The notes under the pieces are model-generated. The model saw only the letters and a list, made by a program, of their open reading frames with translations. It did no database searches and had not been told where the DNA came from. The translations under genes were made by a program, and so were the position numbers. A stretch of DNA of 30,378 bases from positions 1 through 30,378 of the forward strand of contig JBGSMD010000057.1 in the NCBI GenBank assembly GCA_041740355.1. Reading direction: 5' to 3'. The stretch is from Bdellovibrionota bacterium. GTDB taxonomy: Bacteria; Bdellovibrionota_C; UBA2361; CALJRW01. This document shows, one piece after another, positions 1 to 8,110 of this stretch (positions within the stretch are counted from its first letter, which is position 1; the number at the start of each line of letters is the position of its first letter).

Positions 1-75
1 AACTGAACCAGTATCAGTTGCATGGTGACCGTGATCGGCCATAACTTTTTTCTTATCAGAGTTTGTAAAAGACAT
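1..75 (-). CDS. rpsO: 30S ribosomal protein S15, 5' part (runs off window start)
   Basis: Not in the ORF track. Reverse complement of 1-75 reads MSFTNSDKKKVMADHGHHATDTGSV, matching the S15 N-terminus ending in DTGS(x)EVQ. Confidence 0.9.
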   Translation of the reverse strand, partial: MSFTNSDKKKVMADHGHHATDTGSV

Positions 76-103
76 TTTAAGTTTATTTAATTATAATAAA
101 TAC

Positions 104-145
104 CTGCAACCATAAAAATCGGCAGAGCCAGATTCAAAGCAGCAG
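104..145 (-). promoter_or_regulatory. Putative S15 autoregulatory leader stem-loop
   Basis: Minus strand CTGCTGCTTTGAATCTGGCTCTGCCGATTTTTATGGTTGCAG folds as a long imperfect hairpin (CTGC/GCAG, AATC/GATT, GGC/GCC) ending about 28 nt before the rpsO ATG. Confidence 0.5.
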
Positions 146-354
146 AGAGAAACGAACTATCAGAATATACATTTTTTTCTTTCAAGTTTGGGCAAATTAT
201 TAACAATTTAAGGGCTTTAAGTCAATGGTTGGCTATCAGACCCTAAATAACTGGAATTTACCTAGACTATAAATCCCCCTTCCCCGAGTTCCCTGAGGCC
301 TTTAGAACAAATCCCCTTGTCCTAAAGCAATTGTCGCACTAAATTTAACAAACT

Positions 355-1296
355 ATGTCTAAAAATTTCCTAAATATTCTCAATCACGATCGTAACCTAT
401 TGAATTATTTAATTAATTCTGCATTAGAATTTAAGCAAAAAACGTCTCAGGGAATTCGGGTGGAGCCGAAGTATCAGGGGATGTCGGCGGCATTGGTATT
501 TGAAAAGCCCTCGCTTAGAACTAAAATAACCTTTGAGCTAGCTTGTACCTATTTTGGTATTACCCCTATTTTCCTCTCTAGTTCGCAAATTCTAGCCAGT
601 GGAAATAATCAACAGGGTCGAGAGTCGATTCCTGATATTGGTAGAAACTTAGAAAGATTCGTGGATTTAATTATTGCCCGTGTTTACCAACATGCGGGAT
701 TATTAGAACTCTCCGATTCCGTTAAATGCCCGGTAATTAACGCCCTTTGCGATCGCTATCACCCCACTCAAGCCATCGCCGACTTAACTGCTATTAAATG
801 GCACAAAAAAAATTTTGACAATTTAAAAGTAACATTTATTGGTGATGGAAATAATGTTGCAACTTCCCTTCTTCATAGCTGTGTACTCCTTGGAATTAAT
901 TTCAGCATAGCAACGCCAGCTGGATATGAAATTAATTCTAAAGAAAAAGAATTAGTAGAAGCCCTTGCCCAAGAAACTGGATCAAAATTAGAATTTATCC
1001 AAGACCCACAAGCCGCTGTTAAAAATGCCGACGTGATTTACACTGATACTTTTACTTCCATGGGACAAGAAGCAGAACATCAGATGCGGTTAAAAGCTTT
1101 TAAAAATTATCAAGTAGATCAGAAACTACTATCGGAGGCCAAAGCTGATTGTTTATTTATGCACTGCCTTCCTGCACACCGTGGAGAGGAAGTTAGTGAC
1201 GAGGTGATGGATGGGAAAAACTCGATTATTTTTGATCAGGCAGAGTGTAAATTACATGCCGCCAAGGCAATCATCGATTGGATCTTAGAAAAATAA
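355..1296 (+). CDS. argF: Ornithine carbamoyltransferase (transcarbamylase family)
   Basis: FEKPSLRT, HPTQ, GDGNN, DVIYTD-SMG and HCLPAHRGEE motifs. The C-terminal AENR motif is altered to AECK. Confidence 0.88.
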   Translation: MSKNFLNILNHDRNLLNYLINSALEFKQKTSQGIRVEPKYQGMSAALVFEKPSLRTKITFELACTYFGITPIFLSSSQILASGNNQQGRESIPDIGRNLERFVDLIIARVYQHAGLLELSDSVKCPVINALCDRYHPTQAIADLTAIKWHKKNFDNLKVTFIGDGNNVATSLLHSCVLLGINFSIATPAGYEINSKEKELVEALAQETGSKLEFIQDPQAAVKNADVIYTDTFTSMGQEAEHQMRLKAFKNYQVDQKLLSEAKADCLFMHCLPAHRGEEVSDEVMDGKNSIIFDQAECKLHAAKAIIDWILEK

Positions 1297-1305
1297 ATTA
1301 GTAAA

Positions 1306-2472
1306 ATGAAAAATATCTATGATGTAATTGTAGTTGGTCTTGGCGCAGTTGGAAGTGCAACTCTCTTTCAACTTTCTAAAAGCAAAAAACAGATACTTGG
1401 AGTCGATCGATTGTCTCCCCCACATAATTTAGGTTCAAGTCATGGAGAAACACGAATCACAAGACAAGCGATTGGTGAAGGTTCTAGCTACATTCCGATA
1501 GTTTTAAGATCAAATGAAATCTGGGCAAACTTAGAAAAGGAAACAGGAGTAAATTTATATCAACCTTGTGGTGGACTAATCTATGGGTCTCCTGATAGTC
1601 AAGTTATCAATCATGGGTGTTTCGATTTTCTAAACAAGACAATTAGCCTAGCAAAAGAATTTAAGATTGAACATAAGATATTCAACTGTAGTAAATTAAG
1701 GAAGAAGTTTCCACAATTTCAATTCAATGGAGATGAAATTGGTTATTATGAGCCGAGTGCCGGTTACTTGCTACCTGAAAAATGTATTCAAATTCAGCTC
1801 GAACTTGCTAAACAAAATGGCAGTATTGTTTTACCTAATACTACTATTAAATCCTTTCAATCTAAAAATGGGTTAGTCGAATTAGAAACTGAACAAGAAT
1901 TACTATATAGCGAACAAGTTATTCTCTGTGCTGGAAATTGGATGTCCTCTTTACTTAATATAGATACCTCAAATATTTTTCATGTGACTCGGCAAGTCCT
2001 TTATTGGTTTGAGGGAAAGTTAGCTGAAAGCAATTACAACGAAGACAAAATGCCAATTTTTATAAAGATTGGTAATCAATTAGAAGAATCATTTTATGGA
2101 TTTCCCACTGTCCGAGGGATGACACCTGGGGTAAAATTGGCAACAGAACAAAGTAGATCTTCAAAAACTCCAGAAGAAGTCGATCGAACCGTATCACAAG
2201 ATGAGATCAATAAATTCTATGAATCATTTAGTAAATCAATTAAAATTAAAAATAAATGTATCAAATCACACGTCTGTTGTTACACAACAACTCCTGACTG
2301 TGGTTTTGTGATTGACCACCTCCCAAATCAACCACAAATATTAATTGCTTCGTGCTGTTCGGGACATGGATTTAAACATTCAGCAGCAATTGGGGAGATG
2401 CTAGCAGAAATTACTCTATCAGGAAAAAGTAAAATTTCTATTAATGACTTTAGTTTAAGCCGATTTAATTAA
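1306..2472 (+). CDS. solA: N-methyl-L-tryptophan oxidase / monomeric sarcosine oxidase family flavoprotein
   Basis: GLGAVG FAD-binding motif, GSSHGETRITR, CCYT (covalent-FAD Cys position), SGHGFK. Starts 9 bp after argF. Confidence 0.85.
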   Translation: MKNIYDVIVVGLGAVGSATLFQLSKSKKQILGVDRLSPPHNLGSSHGETRITRQAIGEGSSYIPIVLRSNEIWANLEKETGVNLYQPCGGLIYGSPDSQVINHGCFDFLNKTISLAKEFKIEHKIFNCSKLRKKFPQFQFNGDEIGYYEPSAGYLLPEKCIQIQLELAKQNGSIVLPNTTIKSFQSKNGLVELETEQELLYSEQVILCAGNWMSSLLNIDTSNIFHVTRQVLYWFEGKLAESNYNEDKMPIFIKIGNQLEESFYGFPTVRGMTPGVKLATEQSRSSKTPEEVDRTVSQDEINKFYESFSKSIKIKNKCIKSHVCCYTTTPDCGFVIDHLPNQPQILIASCCSGHGFKHSAAIGEMLAEITLSGKSKISINDFSLSRFN

Positions 2473-2508
2473 AACATGCAGATTAATAAGTAATTAGTAA
2501 GAAAAAAA

Positions 2509-3546
2509 TTATAGCCGACGTAAACCATCTTCCTTCATTGGGTTAGGAATTTCCTCATCCAATTGATTTATTTTTTTGATCATCGATTTATCCAGTTCTA
2601 AATTTGCTCCTTGTAGACTCTCAGCTAATTGAGCAACAGAAGTAGCACCAACAATGGTAGAAGCAACAAAATCATGTTGCTTGCTCCAAGCAAGTGCAAA
2701 AGCTGAAACTGGAACATTTATCTCAGCGGCTAACTCCATAACTCGCAAAGTTGTGGCGATACTGCGATCGTTAACAAAACGCTTGGCCATTTTTTGTTGA
2801 CGTTTAGCACCCTCTTTTAAGTAATGAGTAAATCTTGCTCCATCCGGAAAACTTTCATTATATTTTCCACATAAGACTCCACCACCAAGTGGAGAATAAG
2901 GAAGTAAGCTTACACCTTCACGACGACAAACTTGTGCCAGTTCACTTTCCGGGCGACGATTAATCAAACTAAAATTGTTTTGAACAGTTTCAAAGCGAAG
3001 TAAATTGTGTTTTTCGGAAGCATGCAAACTTTTCATAACACCCCATGCTGTTTCATTACTGCAACCGGCAACACGAATTTTTCCGGCTTTTTTAAGTTCA
3101 TCTAAAGCTCCAAGAGTTTCCTCATAAGCCATTTCATGATCTGGCCAGTGAGTTTGATAAAGATCAATGTAATCTGTTTGCAGGCGTTTTAAACTTCCTT
3201 CCACAGCTTTAATAATTTGATGCCGGTCAAGAGCTGTCTTTCCATTTCTAATCGGAGGAGTAAACCAACCATGAGCAGGCCCGGCAATCTTCGATGCAAT
3301 AATTACACTATCTCTTGGCTTAGTCTTTAACCACTGACCAACAAATTCTTCTGTTCGTCCCACATATTCAGCCAGAGGAGGAACAGGATAAAGTTCAGCC
3401 GTATCAAAGAAATCAATTCCTTGATCATAAGCATAATCCATAATTTCAATTGACTCTTGTAAGTTACAACGAACGCCAAAAGTCATTGTTCCCATACAAA
3501 CGGAAGATACAACTAATCCACTTCGACCAAGTCTGCGACGATCCAT
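2509..3546 (-). CDS. Aldo/keto reductase, Tas-like
   Basis: MGTMTFG, FFDTAELYPVPP, SLKRLQTDYIDLYQTHWP, SNET, YSPLGGG. Confidence 0.9.
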   Translation of the reverse strand: MDRRRLGRSGLVVSSVCMGTMTFGVRCNLQESIEIMDYAYDQGIDFFDTAELYPVPPLAEYVGRTEEFVGQWLKTKPRDSVIIASKIAGPAHGWFTPPIRNGKTALDRHQIIKAVEGSLKRLQTDYIDLYQTHWPDHEMAYEETLGALDELKKAGKIRVAGCSNETAWGVMKSLHASEKHNLLRFETVQNNFSLINRRPESELAQVCRREGVSLLPYSPLGGGVLCGKYNESFPDGARFTHYLKEGAKRQQKMAKRFVNDRSIATTLRVMELAAEINVPVSAFALAWSKQHDFVASTIVGATSVAQLAESLQGANLELDKSMIKKINQLDEEIPNPMKEDGLRRL

Positions 3547-3567
3547 ATTATTATATTATTTAAATTT

Positions 3568-3640
3568 ATATTGCGCTCTAAGAAATAATGCCACAAAAAC
3601 ATTACTTTTTAGAGCGCAATATCCCCCGGAGGGATAAAAT
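3568..3640. repeat. Palindromic element family A, copy 1
   Basis: 23-bp imperfect inverted repeat ATATTGCGCTCTAAGAAATAATG / CATTACTTTTTAGAGCGCAATAT followed by CCCCCGGAGGGATAAAAT. Homologous to 9043-9110 and 28327-28403. Confidence 0.75.
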
Positions 3641-3703
3641 ACTCACCGCTTTTCATTTTTGATAAAAAATGAAAAGAAAGGTGAGCGAGCAAAATCCTGT
3701 CAC

Positions 3704-3729
3704 CTTGTCCTCCGAAGCTTTAGCGAAGG
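3704..3729 (-). repeat. REP-like mini-element family C, copy 1
   Basis: Minus strand CCTTCGCTAAAGCTTCGGAGGACAAG, lying in the loop of hairpin GCAAAATCCTGTC / GACAGGTTTTGC (3689-3746). Confidence 0.75.
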
Positions 3730-3876
3730 AGCAAGACAGGTTTTGCCGTAGAAAACAACAAAGAAACCCTACGTAGAAAAGCGGGGAGTATTGATTTTGT
3801 CTTCTGCTACGTAACTTGGCTAAAGCCAAGATTACGCTAGCCCTCCACAAATTTCATCTGCGGAGGGTTTAAATTA

Positions 3877-3942
3877 TATCGTTATGACAAAAAAAATCAC
3901 AAAAACTTACTTTCTGCGACAAGGCTTTTTGTTATAACGATA
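3877..3942. mobile_element. MITE-like element family B, overlapping the 3' end of the heptose-pathway gene
   Basis: 17-bp terminal inverted repeats TATCGTTATGACAAAAA (3877-3893) and TTTTTGTTATAACGATA (3926-3942), 16/17 match, TA at both ends. Confidence 0.65.
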
Positions 3943-4961
3943 AAGGCTTCTAATAAATCCTGTGCAATAAAATCTGCTGATACATTGTACAAGCTGTCAT
4001 TTCCAGCATTTCCAGTGGTAACTAAAATGGTTTTACAACCAGCATCACGTCCCATTTTAATATCACCACTAGAATCACCAATCACAATTGAATTTTTGAG
4101 ATCTAAGTTAAGTTCTTTCTCAGCTCTGCGAATTAAGCCTAAGTTTGGCTTGCGACATTCTGTACTAGCAGCTTTGGTATAGGGCGAGAAATAGATCTTA
4201 TCTACCAAGATGCCCTCAGCACTTAGCAATTTCAGCATCTTCTTATTTACTTTGAATAAATCTTCAAATTGGAAGTAACCAAAATCAACTCCCGGTTGAT
4301 TAGTAATAATCACAACTCTGTATCCAGCCTCTTGAAATGCTCTAATTCCAGCGATAGCATTATCTAACAAAATAAATTTATCTGGCTCAAACAAATATTC
4401 TACATGTTCATTTATTGTCCCGTCCCGATCCAAGATTACTGCTTTTGATAGTGGTAGTTTTTCCTTTGCTGTGTAGGTTTGAATGTTGGCTGAATATTTC
4501 TCTAAAACTGAATTAATAATTTCAGAACTTGAACTAGATTCAACTACTTCAATTAACTTAACCTCTCCACCATAGCTTTCCACGATTGGTGCGGAACTTA
4601 AAGTTTTCTTACTATAGTCTGCAGCTTTAATATAAAAATCAGGTTTAAGTTGCGAAATATTTTCGTTGTTGTTTAGTTCGTCAAAGATAAAAACATAATC
4701 AACAGCTTCCAATCCAGCGACAACTTTGGCTCGTGACTCTGCTGGCACAATCGGTCGTAGTTCACTTTTATAGCCTTTTATTGAAGCATCGGAGTTAACC
4801 CCCACAATTAAACAGGAACAAAGTTCTTTGGCTTTGTTTAAGTAATCTACATGTCCCGGATGAATCAAGTCAAAACTACCAGAAGTAAAACCTACTTTGC
4901 TAGGTCGTTTAGTTTTAAATAGCTCCAATAAACCTTCCCGAGTTATGATTTTATTTCTCAT
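3897..4961 (-). CDS. Bifunctional HldC/RfaE-II-like nucleotidyltransferase fused to D,D-heptose-1,7-bisphosphate phosphatase (GmhB-like HAD)
   Basis: N-domain: GSFDLIHPGH, VGVNSDAS, RP, LKPDFYIK. C-domain: LDRDGTIN, ITNQ, CRKP, IGDS..D. Confidence 0.85.
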   Translation of the reverse strand: MRNKIITREGLLELFKTKRPSKVGFTSGSFDLIHPGHVDYLNKAKELCSCLIVGVNSDASIKGYKSELRPIVPAESRAKVVAGLEAVDYVFIFDELNNNENISQLKPDFYIKAADYSKKTLSSAPIVESYGGEVKLIEVVESSSSSEIINSVLEKYSANIQTYTAKEKLPLSKAVILDRDGTINEHVEYLFEPDKFILLDNAIAGIRAFQEAGYRVVIITNQPGVDFGYFQFEDLFKVNKKMLKLLSAEGILVDKIYFSPYTKAASTECRKPNLGLIRRAEKELNLDLKNSIVIGDSSGDIKMGRDAGCKTILVTTGNAGNDSLYNVSADFIAQDLLEAFIVITKSLVAESKFL

Positions 4962-5298
4962 TTCTTAAGCCTTTCTGAGCGATTTCATATAAAAGCGTAT
5001 AAGGGTAAATACCACTGTCATGCCCATCAGCCCAGCGAATTCCGATGGCATAGTTCCCTACTCCCCAAATTTCTTGAAGTGAAGTCTGCTCTTCCGCATC
5101 ATGCTTAATCACCTTAAGACTACTCTTTCTTGGTGTTAGTGGGGTATCATGCGACAAATCCCCTCGTTCCAATTTACTATCCGCCGCAGGACAATTTTGT
5201 CTTAACAACTGACTGGAAAGTTGGTGCACTTCACCGTTCTGCCAAGTTATCTCAAGCCCCTCAGTTCCCATTCTTTTAATTTTACTTGGGGTAATCAC
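4951..5298 (-). CDS. DUF971 / gamma-butyrobetaine hydroxylase-like N-terminal domain protein
   Basis: LRQNCP and VGNYAIGIRWADGHDSGIY motifs. Start reassigned to the in-frame GTG at 5298, just after the gltX stop; the track gives 5322. Confidence 0.8.
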   Translation of the reverse strand: MITPSKIKRMGTEGLEITWQNGEVHQLSSQLLRQNCPAADSKLERGDLSHDTPLTPRKSSLKVIKHDAEEQTSLQEIWGVGNYAIGIRWADGHDSGIYPYTLLYEIAQKGLRNEK

Positions 5299-5302
5299 AA
5301 TC

Positions 5303-6778
5303 CTAATCCTGATATGCTTCAATTAATGCTGGCATCTCATTTAAACGCTGAATAGTCTTTTCTTTTCCCAGCGCCATAATAGATTCGGAAAGTGGCGGAG
5401 TTGCTTTCTTACCAGTAACTGCAATTCTTACAACTGGAAAAACTTGTCCGGTCTTTAAGCCTGATTCAGCCACAACTTCCTCTAATGCTTTGTGAATTGA
5501 TTCCACCGAAAAAGTTTCTACGCTGGCAAATTTTTTACCAACAACATCCACTACCTTTTTGGCAATATCCTTGTCAACATTCTTATTAAAGATTGCTGTC
5601 ATCTCACGTGGTAAATCATTGATGCAAAGAAATTCAATATTCTCAGAAATTTCAGGCAATGTTTTAATTCTTTCTTGAACATGCGGAGCAATAATTTCCC
5701 ATGATTTTGCCGGACAGCTTGTAATATATTTTTCGGCTAATTCGGTGAATTTCTCTGGGCTCAAAGAACGTAAATAAACACCATTCATCCACTGAAGTTT
5801 TACAGGATCAAAAACACCTCCTGAAGAATTTAAGCCTTCCAAACTAAACTTTTGAATTAGCTCTTCTCTTGTAAATACTTCTTGCTCATCCCCAGATCCA
5901 ACTGACCAACCAATTAAGGAAACATAATTGAGCAGTGCCTCTGGTAAAATTCCTTGTTCTTCATATTGGGTCAAAGCATCAGCACCATGTCGTTTGGAAA
6001 GCTTCTTACCATCTGGTCCTAAAATGTGAGATAAGTGAACAAACACAGGCTTTTCCCATCCAAAAGCTTCATACAGCAAGATATGAATCGGAGTTGTTGG
6101 GAGCCACTCTTCCCCACGAAGAACATGAGTTATTCCCATGTAATGATCATCAACAACTGATGCCAAATGATAAGTAGGAAATCCATCACTCTTTAAAATT
6201 ACCGGATCTCTTAATGGTGGATTATCCCAATTAATTATTCCACGAACAGCATCATTCAATGAAAGCTTAATTTGATCTGGTAATCGAAAACGAACAACTG
6301 TTTTCTCCCCGGCTGGTAAGTTTCTAGTACGACAGTAACCACTGTACCCAGGACGTTCTCTTCGAGCCATCTGCTCTAAACGCTCTATCTCTAATCTTTC
6401 CGAAGTACAATCACATCGGTACGCTTTACCTTCCGAAATCAAACGTTCAACTTCATTTTGATAAATTGAAAGTCGCTCACTCTGAATATATGGACCAACT
6501 TTACCAGCAGTAATTGGCGCAAATTCGGAAAATTCATCAATTGAGTTTAACTGTTCTTGGTTGGGCCCCTCATCATAATCAATCCCTAACCAATGTAAGG
6601 AATCAACTAGGTATTTGATTGCACCAGGGACTAATCTTTCCCGGTCCGTATCTTCAATTCTTAATAAAAATTGGCCCCCATGTTGTTTGGCTAATAGCCA
6701 AGCATACATTGCGGTTCTAAAACCACCGATATGTTGAAATCCTGTTGGACTTGGGGCAAAACGAGTTCTAACTGTCAT
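5303..6778 (-). CDS. gltX: Glutamate--tRNA ligase
   Basis: RTRFAPSPTG-HIGG, LRIEDTD, ITHVLRGEEW, KLSKR. Confidence 0.97.
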   Translation of the reverse strand: MTVRTRFAPSPTGFQHIGGFRTAMYAWLLAKQHGGQFLLRIEDTDRERLVPGAIKYLVDSLHWLGIDYDEGPNQEQLNSIDEFSEFAPITAGKVGPYIQSERLSIYQNEVERLISEGKAYRCDCTSERLEIERLEQMARRERPGYSGYCRTRNLPAGEKTVVRFRLPDQIKLSLNDAVRGIINWDNPPLRDPVILKSDGFPTYHLASVVDDHYMGITHVLRGEEWLPTTPIHILLYEAFGWEKPVFVHLSHILGPDGKKLSKRHGADALTQYEEQGILPEALLNYVSLIGWSVGSGDEQEVFTREELIQKFSLEGLNSSGGVFDPVKLQWMNGVYLRSLSPEKFTELAEKYITSCPAKSWEIIAPHVQERIKTLPEISENIEFLCINDLPREMTAIFNKNVDKDIAKKVVDVVGKKFASVETFSVESIHKALEEVVAESGLKTGQVFPVVRIAVTGKKATPPLSESIMALGKEKTIQRLNEMPALIEAYQD

Positions 6779-7144
6779 AATTTATTAATAATTTAATTAA
6801 TTATAATTATGCCTTTAAATCGGATTTCTAGCAATAATACTCAGTCCCCCAATTTACTTCCTAAATAGAGATCCATTTTCGAACTCTGCCTATGATGAAT
6901 CATATATTATGAATTGGATTTTCTAGGAGAATCTATTTATTGGCTAATTTCTATTGTTTATGTCTGTAAAAGCAAAAGTTTGATTTATAATAGGCGACAT
7001 TGAAAATTAATCTTCTGAATATATTTGCTTAAGATGTGAGCTTGAAGCGACCATTGGGGTCGCTAAGGTAGTTAGTCTTATAAATATTAATACTGGGGGA
7101 AACAATCATACTAGAACGAGATAGGTGAAAGCAAAGGTGGGAAT

Positions 7145-7246
7145 CCAAGATTTGCATTAGCCGTAATGACTCTGTTTAATTTACTAACCAGCCTTCGCTG
7201 AAGCTTCGGCTAGGCAGGCAGTAAATTATTTTTTGTCATTACTATA
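7145..7246. repeat. Dispersed hairpin repeat (family B-related), filled copy carrying a 32-bp insertion
   Basis: Identical to 30309-30378 except for 2 substitutions and an extra 32 bp at 7189-7220. The right end reads TATAGTAATGACAAAAAA on the minus strand. Confidence 0.9.
7189..7220 (+). repeat. REP-like mini-element family C, copy 2 (the insertion)
   Basis: CAGCCTTCGCTGAAGCTTCGGCTAGGCAGGCA, GC-rich, located in the loop of AATTTAC/GTAAATT. Confidence 0.85.
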
Positions 7247-7381
7247 ATTAACTAACTGAATTTAGTTTTTTGATTAGGAACTTCATAGATCACTTGAGAA
7301 TAAAATTTATTTTTGAATATCTAAGAAAGAGGGTCTTCATTAAATCAAGTTTAAAATTATTTCTTAAATGGCTTAAAGAGC

Positions 7382-8110
7382 TTACTTATTACAAGGATTC
7401 ATTGGCGTTAAATTACCCGATTTCATTTGGTAAAACATATCACATTCTCTCAATAGCAAATTTTCATCATGACTCACCATTAAAACAGTCTTGCCTTTGA
7501 TAATTTGACGAATCTTATTAACAGAATACTGCTTAAACTCAACATCTCCACCACCAGCAAATACTTCATCAAGAATTAAAATATCTGGATTTCTATTTTG
7601 AATAATAAAAAAACTAATCGCAAAACCAAGTCGCGCCTTCTGACCTTCTGACAATGTGAATGTTTTTCGATCTAAATGCTCTGTTAGTCCGACTTCGTCT
7701 AAGATCGATAAAGATGTTTCTCGAATGGATTCTTCGGAGACTCCATAGATTAATGGGATATAGAGAAAGTTCTCTAATATAGTTAAATCCTTATTAACTA
7801 GTACGGAATATCCACTGAGATATAAAGTTTTTCCATTTACTACCACACTTCCACAATCGAACGTATAAATTCCAGCAATAATTCTAAGCAAAGTGCTTTT
7901 CCCACTGCCATTTGCACCATTGAATCCAATTATTTTACCAACGCCAATTGATAGATTTAAATCAACCAGAACAGAAACTTTAGTTACATTCAAAGTTTGG
8001 CGATTGATTAGAAAATTATAGAGCAAATTAAAACATCTTAATCCTTGAGGTAAGTTCCTAAGAAAAGACTTATTTAATTTTTTAATTTCAATTGCATTAA
8101 TCATTAGCAT
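7382..8110 (-). CDS. wzt: Polysaccharide ABC exporter ATP-binding subunit (Wzt/TagH-like), no C-terminal carbohydrate-binding module
   Basis: GANGSGKST Walker A, LSEGQKARLGF signature, ILILDEV Walker B, VSHD. Adjacent to the permease. Confidence 0.85.
   Translation of the reverse strand: MLMINAIEIKKLNKSFLRNLPQGLRCFNLLYNFLINRQTLNVTKVSVLVDLNLSIGVGKIIGFNGANGSGKSTLLRIIAGIYTFDCGSVVVNGKTLYLSGYSVLVNKDLTILENFLYIPLIYGVSEESIRETSLSILDEVGLTEHLDRKTFTLSEGQKARLGFAISFFIIQNRNPDILILDEVFAGGGDVEFKQYSVNKIRQIIKGKTVLMVSHDENLLLRECDMFYQMKSGNLTPMNPCNK

Noticed and set aside
156-225. Sigma70-like promoters for rpsO (TTGACT at 225-220, TTGAAA at 185-180)
   Set aside because: No convincing -10 hexamer at 17-bp spacing, and such matches are frequent in AT-rich DNA.
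271-327. AAATCCCC repeated twice and a small hairpin upstream of argF
   Set aside because: Too short to distinguish from chance, and no regulator can be assigned.
505-525. SLRT instead of STRT in argF as a sign of acetyl- or succinyl-ornithine transcarbamylase
   Set aside because: SLRT occurs in ordinary OTCases, and the SMG loop is of the OTC type.
3653-3850. 65-aa minus-strand ORF containing SFAKASEDK
   Set aside because: It lies wholly in the palindrome stack, and that peptide is just the translation of the family C repeat.
3985-4182. Short ORFs antisense or out of frame within real genes (3985, 5935, 11095, 13476, 13698, 19096, 20177, 22907, 23966, 24808, 26498)
   Set aside because: They are shadow ORFs overlapping well-supported genes and have no recognisable motifs.
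4951-5298. Loss of Cys in the DUF971 CPCAxC motif (CPAADS)
   Set aside because: Cys-poor variants are common in this family, so it is not distinctive.
7270-7500. 76-aa + strand ORF
   Set aside because: It overlaps the wzt 3' end in antisense, starts with TTG and has AT-driven composition.
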